Assembly (NCBI GenBank): GCA_048886185.1
Contig: JBHLKY010000032.1
Coordinates: forward strand, 5,818 to 37,817
Length of the DNA stretch: 32,000 nt
Direction of reading: 5' to 3'
Source of the DNA: Candidatus Hermodarchaeota archaeon
GTDB lineage: Archaea; Asgardarchaeota; Heimdallarchaeia; Hodarchaeales; Hodarchaeaceae
Shown: piece after piece, positions 8,917-17,247 of the stretch
Numbering within the stretch: the stretch's first letter is position 1
Layout of the letters: each line of letters starts with the position of its first letter
Made by a program: the position numbers and the translations under genes
Notes under the pieces: generated by a model
Told to the model about the DNA's origin: nothing
Seen by the model: only the letters and a program-made list of their open reading frames with translations
The model's database searches: none

Positions 8917-11016
8917 ATGACGTTAAATCGTAATTTGCAATTACTATTTCTTCATATCTTATTAATTTCTCTTTTAATGGTTTCTTATTATTCTAATTAC
9001 CTTATTTCATCTCCTCAGGTTGACCAATCCCATTTTTTACATAAACCGTCTAAAAATTCTTTGAATAGTATTGAGACAAATCAGGAAGAGGAGGGTGTTT
9101 ATGTTAAATATTCAGGAGAAGCACTTGATGGATTTAACATCTTCCAATTTCGGAATTTTACAGCCTACGAATATGATTTTCGAATTACTGATATGGATGG
9201 AAATATAATCAAAGAGTTCCTAGGAAGGAATACTTTTAGTTATGCTCACCCCGTTAATTCTACCACATTACTACTGGTCACCTCTGGTCGTATGTATTTC
9301 TGGAATATTGAAACTGGTGTTAATACTACAGTTCCATTTACTAGTCATCATGATGTTTCATATAATCCCCAAACTAAGACCTTTATGACTCTAAAAATGA
9401 CCTTAGTTACCAGTAATACTGGTAATGTTTATCGTTATGATATTATTGAGGAAAGAAACATGATTGGCGATGTAATTTGGGAATTAAATACGAGTACATT
9501 TATACCATTTAGCTGGTGGTCTGGAGAATACGACATGGGCAAAAGAGACATTACTCACACTAATTCCGTTTTTTGGGACATAGAGGAGGATATGATCTAT
9601 ATTAACTGCAGAAATTTAAATACAATCTTTAAAATAGATCATTCATCGGGGGAAGTTGTATGGGGATTAGGTGAGTTTGGTGATTTTACACTTTTCGACC
9701 ACAAGGGAAATATCAGGCAGAATCTGTTTTATCATGCGCATGCTCTCGAAAAAGTGGATGAAAACACCTTCATTCTTTTTGATAATGATTATTTCAACCA
9801 AACAGATTTAACCAATCAGAACTCTCAGCTCTTAGAAATCACCATTAATGAATCAACAATGATTGCAAAAACTTCTTGGTCTTGGGTGGCACCTCCAGAA
9901 TATTATTCGGCTTATTGGGGGGATGCTGATAGGTTACCGAATGGAAATCGATATGGTGTTTTTGGTTCTAAAACACATATTGGTACCGACATTGGTCCCA
10001 GATTTGTAGAGGTAAATGAGACTGGTGATATTATATGGGAAATGTACTACAAGGGAGGGTCTTTAGGTGTCTATAAAGCTGAGCGATTCATATTGAATCC
10101 AATCATCAGTTCCCCTGATGATAGAATTGTAGGTTTAGGAGAAAGATTAACATTATCGTGGCAAACCTGGTACAATTGCCGTACAAATCTAAAAATGAAT
10201 GGCTCCTTCATCTTATATCAGAACAATGAGGTAATTCAGACTGGAGATCTTGTTTTTAATCAGTTTTGGCTTCCAACAACTTTAGCATTTGACATTCCTG
10301 ATTTAGCAGTAGGGGATTATGACTTTGTTCTGGAAGTATTGGATGAAGGGGGACATGTAGTAACAGACACCATCCATGTCCAAATAATACCACTCCTTGT
10401 TTATCGTAATGGCCCTTCGCATATTGAACTTGGTCAGGATAATGGGATTATTCAGTGGACAGGTCCATCTACTCCTCCATTAGATGGAAAAATTTATGGA
10501 AATGAGATTTTATTGAAAACCTTTGTATGGGATGGCTCAAACATAAACCTTGATTTGAATACCTTGTTACCTGGAAAGTACAATATTTCTTTCCAAGTAT
10601 TCAATGATTCAGATCAGCTTTATTATAGTGATACTTTCTGGGTATATGTGTTCTACTCTTCACCTCCTGAAATCATTAGTGGCCCTGTTAACATGTGGCT
10701 ATGGTTGAATCAAACGAATGTAACGTTAATGTGGGAAGTTAGTGACCTTAATCCATCGTATTATGAGATTTTGACAAATGGTTTATTAGTTGAAAGTGCT
10801 CCTTGGAACGGGTCTGACATAATTTTCGTTTGTGAGGTGTCTGAAATTGGGAAAATTATTGTAACATTATTAGTTTATGATACATTGGGTAATAGGATAG
10901 AGGATATTGTTGTCATAGAAATACGTAATCAGACAAAGAATTCAGTTTTTATCCCGTTTATAAGCCTCTTTTTAGGAATAGGCATATTAACGATACAAAG
11001 AATGAGGAAAAGGTAA
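8917..11016 (+). CDS. Aryl-sulfate sulfotransferase (ASST family) with C-terminal Ig-like repeats and membrane anchor
   Basis: Signal peptide; ASST-type motifs SHHD, HTNS, INCRN, HAHA, GDADRLPNGN; beta-rich repeats after about residue 400; C-terminal TM plus RMRKR. Confidence 0.85.
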   Translation: MTLNRNLQLLFLHILLISLLMVSYYSNYLISSPQVDQSHFLHKPSKNSLNSIETNQEEEGVYVKYSGEALDGFNIFQFRNFTAYEYDFRITDMDGNIIKEFLGRNTFSYAHPVNSTTLLLVTSGRMYFWNIETGVNTTVPFTSHHDVSYNPQTKTFMTLKMTLVTSNTGNVYRYDIIEERNMIGDVIWELNTSTFIPFSWWSGEYDMGKRDITHTNSVFWDIEEDMIYINCRNLNTIFKIDHSSGEVVWGLGEFGDFTLFDHKGNIRQNLFYHAHALEKVDENTFILFDNDYFNQTDLTNQNSQLLEITINESTMIAKTSWSWVAPPEYYSAYWGDADRLPNGNRYGVFGSKTHIGTDIGPRFVEVNETGDIIWEMYYKGGSLGVYKAERFILNPIISSPDDRIVGLGERLTLSWQTWYNCRTNLKMNGSFILYQNNEVIQTGDLVFNQFWLPTTLAFDIPDLAVGDYDFVLEVLDEGGHVVTDTIHVQIIPLLVYRNGPSHIELGQDNGIIQWTGPSTPPLDGKIYGNEILLKTFVWDGSNINLDLNTLLPGKYNISFQVFNDSDQLYYSDTFWVYVFYSSPPEIISGPVNMWLWLNQTNVTLMWEVSDLNPSYYEILTNGLLVESAPWNGSDIIFVCEVSEIGKIIVTLLVYDTLGNRIEDIVVIEIRNQTKNSVFIPFISLFLGIGILTIQRMRKR

Positions 11017-11057
11017 TCTCTAAAAAAGAAAAATAATACAATTGGCTTGTTATTCTT

Positions 11058-11501
11058 ATGAAAAAGGACAACGTCTGTCAGAAATGTATTGGTACAGACG
11101 GTAATGAATGTTGTATTGATGTTTATATAATTCTGAATCCAAACGAAGTTCATTTATTCAAAGAGGTTCCAAATGGGCCATATAGCAGATTTAAAATTAT
11201 TGAAAAAGGGGGAATTTATTATACAAATCAAGGATGTCTCTATTTTAAGAAAAATCTGTGCATAATTCATCAACAAAAACCTCTTTATTGCAAATATTAC
11301 CCGATTTTTATTACTGGAGAAATATTCATCCATAAAGAATGTTCAATCCACAATAATTATCGAGTGACCAAACTACTTAAGAAGAAGATAAATAAATTAC
11401 AACAAACATATCCTATTTATAAAAAAGACTGGTTTTGGGAGGAAATAATAGAAGAATTGCAGCTAGATCCCTGGATTATTTCCCAAGAGAAATTAGTATG
11501 A
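11058..11501 (+). CDS. YkgJ / CxxCxxCC-family Zn- or Fe-chelating protein
   Basis: CQKC.....ECC near the N-terminus; GCLYF...LCIIH..KPLYCKYYP. Confidence 0.85.
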   Translation: MKKDNVCQKCIGTDGNECCIDVYIILNPNEVHLFKEVPNGPYSRFKIIEKGGIYYTNQGCLYFKKNLCIIHQQKPLYCKYYPIFITGEIFIHKECSIHNNYRVTKLLKKKINKLQQTYPIYKKDWFWEEIIEELQLDPWIISQEKLV

Positions 11502-11519
11502 ATTTAAACTTTTAGTCAA

Positions 11520-13184
11520 TCATTTATACATATAAATATCTGTATATTGCTTTCTAATAGCTTTTTTGTCTACCTTACCAACACTAGTTCGTAAGATTCT
11601 TTCTGTAAGAATGATATCATCAGGTAGCTGCCACTTAGCAAATCTCTCTGCAAGATGTCCCCTGATTTCATCCTTATTGATTCTTGATTTGAATTCGTTT
11701 CGTAATACTACTAAAGCTAGAGGTCGTTCTTCCCATTTGGGATGAGGACATCCAACAACAGCTGCATCAAGTATTGCAGGATGTGAAACTAGGGCGTTCT
11801 CTATATCTACAGATGAGATCCATTCCCCACCACTTTTTATTAAATCTTTAAGTCGATCTGTGATCTTTAAGAATCCATCAGCATCCATAGTTCCAACATC
11901 TCCTGTTCTAAAGTAATTGTCTTCAGTGAACTGAACCTCACTCCCAGGAGCATTATAATATCTCCCTGAAACCCAAGGTCCACGTAAAAGGATTTCCCCT
12001 GCAGATTTGCCGTCATGAGGGAGTTCCTTTCCCTTTTCATCAATTATTTTCACATCTAATCCGACTACAACATATCCTTGTTTCCTTTTATGGTTCCACC
12101 TTTCCTCCTCTGTAAGGTTCTCTTCTATGAATGGTGGGAGACGATTTAAAGTTACTATTGCATTTGCTTCGGTGGATCCGTATGAATGTATAATATCTGC
12201 TCTGGTAATATCCCAGAAACCTTTCATCATTGTAATTGGAGGTTCACTTGCCCCTGTGATGAACCGTAATCCAGACAGATTAGGTTTTAAATCCATTTTA
12301 CGGATATATTCAAGCATTGGCATTAAAATCGCAGGAGCGCCATTCGACAAAGTAACTTTTTCTTGAATATAAATTTCAATGAGCTCATCAAGATCATTCA
12401 AGCTAAATCTACCAGGAAAGACTAACTTAGCCCCTACCAACGTAGCTGCATATGGCGTTCCCCAACCTAGAACGTGAAACATAGGTACAATTTGAAAAAG
12501 ACAATCTTTTATAGAAATGGAAGCATTAGCGGCATAGGTTAGCGCTTGTAGATACACATCGCGATGAGAATAGTAAACTCCCTTAGGTCTTCCTGTGGTA
12601 CCACTAGTATAGCAGGCTGAATAGGCAGAGTTTTCATCAATATTCAGCCACTCATATTTTGGTGTCGAATTACTTACTAGCTCTTCATAACTGTAGATTG
12701 GGTTCAGTGATGTTTGCATATCGCTTAATGGTTTATCAGTAATAATTATATATCCTTTCACGGTTTTACAGGTGGGAGCAACTTCCTCTGCAACATGAAG
12801 AAGATTTTCTTCTACAAAAACAAATTTAGTTTCTGCGTGGTTAATTATATAACTTAATTCTTGCGGAGCGAGGCGTAAATTTAAGAGAAGCATGACCGCG
12901 CCAGTACCAGGAATACCAAAGTAGATCTCAAAATGTTGGTATGTATTCCAAGCGAGAATCCCTATTTTATCACCAATTCTAATACCTAAAGAATAGAGAG
13001 AATTGGCTAAACACATAACACGCTTGTAACAATCATTATAGGTATAACGAAATAGAGACCCGTCATTTATCCTACAAACAATTTCTTGTTTTCCGAAGTT
13101 TCTTGCCCCATGTTTGAGAATGTTTGTTACATTTAACTGATAGTTAACCTGTGACGTAGCTGGAAAACCCTGAACAATTTTCAT
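11520..13184 (-). CDS. Medium/long-chain fatty-acid-CoA ligase (AlkK/DmdB-like AMP-binding enzyme)
   Basis: YTSGTTGRPKG, PMFHVLGWG, YGSTE, RTGD, DRLKDLIKSGGEWISS, HPKWEERP, GKVDKK. Confidence 0.95.
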   Translation of the reverse strand: MKIVQGFPATSQVNYQLNVTNILKHGARNFGKQEIVCRINDGSLFRYTYNDCYKRVMCLANSLYSLGIRIGDKIGILAWNTYQHFEIYFGIPGTGAVMLLLNLRLAPQELSYIINHAETKFVFVEENLLHVAEEVAPTCKTVKGYIIITDKPLSDMQTSLNPIYSYEELVSNSTPKYEWLNIDENSAYSACYTSGTTGRPKGVYYSHRDVYLQALTYAANASISIKDCLFQIVPMFHVLGWGTPYAATLVGAKLVFPGRFSLNDLDELIEIYIQEKVTLSNGAPAILMPMLEYIRKMDLKPNLSGLRFITGASEPPITMMKGFWDITRADIIHSYGSTEANAIVTLNRLPPFIEENLTEEERWNHKRKQGYVVVGLDVKIIDEKGKELPHDGKSAGEILLRGPWVSGRYYNAPGSEVQFTEDNYFRTGDVGTMDADGFLKITDRLKDLIKSGGEWISSVDIENALVSHPAILDAAVVGCPHPKWEERPLALVVLRNEFKSRINKDEIRGHLAERFAKWQLPDDIILTERILRTSVGKVDKKAIRKQYTDIYMYK

Positions 13185-13210
13185 GAAATATTCTCCTTTC
13201 TTAATAGTGA

Positions 13211-13227
13211 TTTAAGGTATCCTTAAA
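13211..13227. promoter_or_regulatory. Perfect palindrome, candidate operator upstream of the acyl-CoA ligase
   Basis: TTTAAGG-TAT-CCTTAAA, 27-43 bp upstream of the minus-strand ATG at 13184. Confidence 0.5.
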
Positions 13228-13321
13228 CATTATATCTTGTCTAACTTTTTTATTATTACTAGAAGTTTGATATTTACTTAGTGATTCTTTAGTTAGAATT
13301 AATGTTTCAGTTCATAGGATG

Positions 13322-13343
13322 AGTCTTTTCAAAGAAAAAGACT
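13322..13343 (-). terminator. Hairpin downstream of cysH, candidate terminator
   Basis: AGTCTTTT / AAAAGACT 8-bp stem with 6-nt loop and T/A tracts, about 70 bp after the cysH stop. Confidence 0.4.
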
Positions 13344-13413
13344 TTTTAGATTCTGAAATGATTTTTCAGCACAGGTAGAGATGCAAAGAATCCATCGTTT
13401 TTTAAAAACTTGA

Positions 13414-14157
13414 TTACCTTTTATTTGAATTTAAACTAGTTTTTGCATCCTTCTTTTCATAAAGATGAATACCACATTCCAGTTTCATAAAATCTTTCCA
13501 TCTTCCATCTCTTTCATCCCCACCTTCATCTACAGGTGAAGTACAAGGTTTACAGCCAATACTGTAATAATATTGATCATGAAGTAAATTATATGGTAGA
13601 TTATACTTTCTAATATACATCCATGCATCGTCTCGTGTCCATTTATACAGAGGATTGATTTTAATTACCCCTCGCTGATCAATTTCAATGCTTTCAATTT
13701 CTGCTCTAGTTATTGATTGATCTCGCCTGATTGCGCTCAACCAAACCTGTTTTGATCTTAATATTCTAAGTAATGGCTCTACTTTTCGGTAATGACAACA
13801 AATATCTGGGTTAGTTTTATAGGGTTCCTTTCCAATTAGGTTCTCTAGCTCTGATTCAGTAAAAGAAGGTTGAATTGTTTTAATATTCAGTTTCCATTCT
13901 TTTAATAATTTATCTCTCAATTTTAATGTTTCTTCAAAGTGAAACCGTGTATCAATAAAAAATATTTCAATCTCTGGAGCATATTTCTTAATAATACTCA
14001 ATAAGATTATACCACTATAACCAAATGCAGTTGTAACTGCCATTTGATCTTTAAATTCCTCATAAGCTAGTTTGACTATATTGTCTGCATCCATATCAAT
14101 GAATATTTGCTTTAGACGTCTTACTGTCTCAATTTTTTCTGTTATTGTGAATTTCAT
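13414..14157 (-). CDS. cysH: Thioredoxin-dependent APS/PAPS reductase (CysH), [4Fe-4S]-binding type
   Basis: TTAFG, FIDTRFHFEET, CC pair (PDICCHYRKVEPL), AIRRDQS..R, KINPL..W, SIGCKPCT, C-terminal ECGIH. Confidence 0.93.
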   Translation of the reverse strand: MKFTITEKIETVRRLKQIFIDMDADNIVKLAYEEFKDQMAVTTAFGYSGIILLSIIKKYAPEIEIFFIDTRFHFEETLKLRDKLLKEWKLNIKTIQPSFTESELENLIGKEPYKTNPDICCHYRKVEPLLRILRSKQVWLSAIRRDQSITRAEIESIEIDQRGVIKINPLYKWTRDDAWMYIRKYNLPYNLLHDQYYYSIGCKPCTSPVDEGGDERDGRWKDFMKLECGIHLYEKKDAKTSLNSNKR

Positions 14158-14190
14158 ACACTTTCCTCAGAATAGGCTAAAGACAAATCC

Positions 14191-14218
14191 TTTAGAAACT
14201 ATGATCTTTTAGAAACTA
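14191..14218. repeat. 11-bp direct repeat upstream of cysH
   Basis: TTTAGAAACTA at 14191-14201 and 14208-14218, 34-61 bp upstream of the cysH start. Confidence 0.5.
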
Positions 14219-14308
14219 CAAACACCGCGTCACACAAACAAGAACTTCAACCTATAAGACCAAAATTTTGATTATCAGCTAACCATTTTCACTCTTCACT
14301 TAATGACT

Positions 14309-15145
14309 TTAGAAGGGAATTGGATCATCATAGAGAGCTTCTAGTGCGTTTTGGTAAAAAAATGATTGCCAAACCTCTTCACGAATAGCATATTTCCATA
14401 GATTAATAGCTTCTTCGAATTCCACTAAGGGGTAGTCTGTTCCGAATAGACATCGTTTTTTAAGATAAGTATTGGCTGCTTGAATAAATTCAGGTGCCAT
14501 GTACTTTGGCCGAAGAGCACTAAATTCTAGGTAAATATTGGGATGACGTTGAGTTACTGCTAAAATTGGAGGCCCAAATCCATTCCCACCATGAGAAACA
14601 ATAATTTTGAGTTCAGGGAAATCCACTGCTATTCTATCAATACACTGTGGACTCCCATGCCACATGTAAGCTCCCCTCCAGAAGTGAATCGATCCATGAA
14701 TTATTATTGGTTTCTGTAACAATTCACAAAGTCCGTAAATTGCATAAAATGACTTATGATCAGCATCTAATTTTGAAATAAAGGGTGAAAGATAAATAGC
14801 GGCATATTCTTCATCACAACATCGTTTTATTTCCTTTAAGGCAGATAATATCCCATCACAAATATCTACTCCACCTACTGGAATAATTTCATTAAAAGAT
14901 CCAGCGATTTCCTTGATATGTTCATTCTCTTCTCTGTTCCGTCCTGAAACAATCATTTTTTCTATACCTGATTTTTTAACTAAAATAATGAATTCTTCAA
15001 CAGGAATGGGAGTCAGTCTTGTTTTCATCTTATATAATTCAATATAATCTTTGAAATAAGGTTTTATTTCAATTGTCCAATCTTTAAGTAAACATTCTGT
15101 CCTCAATCTTACTCTAGCATCAACAATTTTCATTTTACATCCCAA
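14309..15145 (-). CDS. Amidohydrolase_2-family TIM-barrel protein lacking the N-terminal HxH motif
   Basis: IIIHG, IIVSHGG, NIYLEFS, LFGTDYP; N-terminus IVDARVR in place of IDxHxH. ATG at 15133 is a likelier start than the TTG at 15145. Confidence 0.85.
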   Translation of the reverse strand: MGCKMKIVDARVRLRTECLLKDWTIEIKPYFKDYIELYKMKTRLTPIPVEEFIILVKKSGIEKMIVSGRNREENEHIKEIAGSFNEIIPVGGVDICDGILSALKEIKRCCDEEYAAIYLSPFISKLDADHKSFYAIYGLCELLQKPIIIHGSIHFWRGAYMWHGSPQCIDRIAVDFPELKIIVSHGGNGFGPPILAVTQRHPNIYLEFSALRPKYMAPEFIQAANTYLKKRCLFGTDYPLVEFEEAINLWKYAIREEVWQSFFYQNALEALYDDPIPF

Positions 15146-15214
15146 GAATTTCTATTACAAAAATTACTATTATATTTTGCAGTTATTCTATAATCATTCT
15201 CTTTTTTTTTGCTG

Positions 15215-16222
15215 TTAAACTTTTCCTAGAATTCTAGCTGGATTCCCAACAACAATTACTCCATCTGGAACATTTCCAGTAACAACAGAACCCATACCTA
15301 CTACTACCCCGTTTCCAACGGTAATCTTATGTCTAATTGTAGAATTAGCCCCAATCATACAATTACTACCTATTCTAGCTCCACCAGTCACAATAGAATT
15401 TCCTAATATCATAGTATCATGACCGATACGCACATTATGAGTAACATGAGCCATAGGTCCGATAACACATCTATCACCAATTTCTGTTAGATTATCTTTG
15501 TTTGCTGCTCTATCAATGACAACACACGATCCTATAAAAACGTCATTACCTATTTTAACTCTTCCATCTTGGGGAAATCGAACTATCTTTCCATTTTCAT
15601 CCCAGACAGCGCCTATACTCGGAAATCCTATAACCACATTAGGCATTATGATTACTCTCTCTCCAATATCGACAAAATTTCTTTCAATCACTGCTGTAGG
15701 ATGAATAAAAGGTGCTATAATTCCTTCTCCATGTTTACTCAATATTTCTCGGATATGTTCTAATTTTCTGTGCCAAATATGCCCAGTAACTAGAAAAACC
15801 TTATAATTTTCTTTAACATACGAAATAGTAATTGAGTCAATATTTACTAATGGACTAAACTTTTTTTTAATTTCCTCTTCACTCTCAAAGTAACTGTCAT
15901 GTGAATTTACTGGATAACTAGGCACTATCAGAATTATTTTTTGACCCGGACGTAATAATGACAGTATAAATATATCATCTTTTAAACACTCCTTGACATC
16001 TATTAGCACAAAATCCCAATTATATCCAGTATGAGACTTTAAATATTGCTTTATATCGAGTTTTGAAAGATCAACACTGAAATAATCAAAATGGTCTTGG
16101 AAAAACTCTTTCCTGAATTGATCACTCCCAGAACTTATATGAATAACAGTTTTTGCTCGTTCTTGTTTCAATGTATTTAGTATAGTTTCCCACATTGGAG
16201 ACCAAAGACTTTTAGAACTCAA
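15215..16222 (-). CDS. Fusion of a degenerate class I methyltransferase-like N-terminal domain and an LpxD-like left-handed beta-helix N-acyltransferase
   Basis: N-terminal VIHISSGSDQF...SVDLS...IILIVPSY; C-terminal PQDGRVKIGNDVFIGSCVVIDRAA...AHVTHNVRIG hexapeptide repeats ending VGNPAR; TTG start with AGGAG SD. Confidence 0.8.
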   Translation of the reverse strand: MSSKSLWSPMWETILNTLKQERAKTVIHISSGSDQFRKEFFQDHFDYFSVDLSKLDIKQYLKSHTGYNWDFVLIDVKECLKDDIFILSLLRPGQKIILIVPSYPVNSHDSYFESEEEIKKKFSPLVNIDSITISYVKENYKVFLVTGHIWHRKLEHIREILSKHGEGIIAPFIHPTAVIERNFVDIGERVIIMPNVVIGFPSIGAVWDENGKIVRFPQDGRVKIGNDVFIGSCVVIDRAANKDNLTEIGDRCVIGPMAHVTHNVRIGHDTMILGNSIVTGGARIGSNCMIGANSTIRHKITVGNGVVVGMGSVVTGNVPDGVIVVGNPARILGKV

Positions 16223-16584
16223 ACAGTTCTACACTCCTATTAAACCTTACACCTTGTCGAGATTTCCTTTACTTTTTTAGATAGTTGGATTCCCTATTCT
16301 CTTACTCATATTGATGATTGTGTCAATTCAATTTGTTCTCCACTAAAATGATTTCGATAAATGATATTTTTAATTATCAAGAAATTTGATGACCTCTTTT
16401 CACAGATAAACAGAAATAAAAATACTAATGGCTCCCTATATACTAGAAAAAAATTAACATTAGAAATTAGAAATAGAAATTCAGTTAAAATAGAAAAAGG
16501 GAGTTACTGATGAAATTCAACTAGTAATGAGGAAAGATATCTTGTTGATAATTATTTACAATGACATGTAAATTATTAGCATTA

Positions 16585-17136
16585 TTATTTCTTTTTTATA
16601 AGTCCCTTAATTCTTGGATCTAATTCTCTTAGTCGTTCAACTTCCTCATCGGTTAAATCCCTAACCTTTTTTGCCGGAATCCCCATATATACTCCAGATT
16701 CTAAACAGTCCTTAGTAACAAGCGATAGAGTTCCAATGACACATTCTGGGGCAATTTTAACAGAAGCATCAATAACAGCATTCGTACCAATATAGCTATT
16801 TTTTCCTATGACTGTTCCTCCTCTTATTTCGTTTTTATGAGTTGAATAAATTGTCATCACATTTGGTGAAATAAATACACCATCCTCCACAGTGACTTCT
16901 CTAGCCACTGTAGCTCCAAATCTCAATACAACATTATTACCTATCTTATTTATTCCCGAAGAACGGAAATAACTATCAACGTAAACATTATTCCCAATTT
17001 TCGTCCCTTTTTTAAGTAAGACATAATTTTGAATGTCAATATTGTCACCAACTACACATTCATTTTGAATAATATTATATGTACCAATACTGAAATTTTT
17101 CCCGTGAATAAAGTCAGCAGCTATACTGTTTTCCAT
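16585..17136 (-). CDS. Hexapeptide-repeat (LbetaH) acyltransferase, sugar N-acetyltransferase-like
   Basis: Repeated [IV]G.N motifs, VFISPNV, TVIGKNSYIGTNAVI, VYMGIPAKK. Confidence 0.88.
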   Translation of the reverse strand: MENSIAADFIHGKNFSIGTYNIIQNECVVGDNIDIQNYVLLKKGTKIGNNVYVDSYFRSSGINKIGNNVVLRFGATVAREVTVEDGVFISPNVMTIYSTHKNEIRGGTVIGKNSYIGTNAVIDASVKIAPECVIGTLSLVTKDCLESGVYMGIPAKKVRDLTDEEVERLRELDPRIKGLIKKK

Positions 17137-17247
17137 TTTAATTCATCCCTTAAAAATCGAGATTGGACTTTTTCCTAAGCATATAAATTTTGTTAAAAAG
17201 AATTTAAAATCGACCTCAAAGATAGATTCTTTGATCTAGTAGGTTAC

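Noticed and set aside
13414-14157. DndC/phosphorothioate or other defence-type PAPS-reductase homolog
   Set aside because: Short length and ECGIH terminus fit true CysH; no dnd/ssp partner genes are present.
15215-16222. Lipid A biosynthesis (lpxD) assignment
   Set aside because: The N-terminal LpxD domain is missing, no lpxA/C/B genes are nearby, and the context looks archaeal; gene symbol withheld.
16450-16490. TAGAAAT microrepeats
   Set aside because: Three short degenerate copies in AT-rich intergenic DNA; no spacer structure, so not CRISPR.
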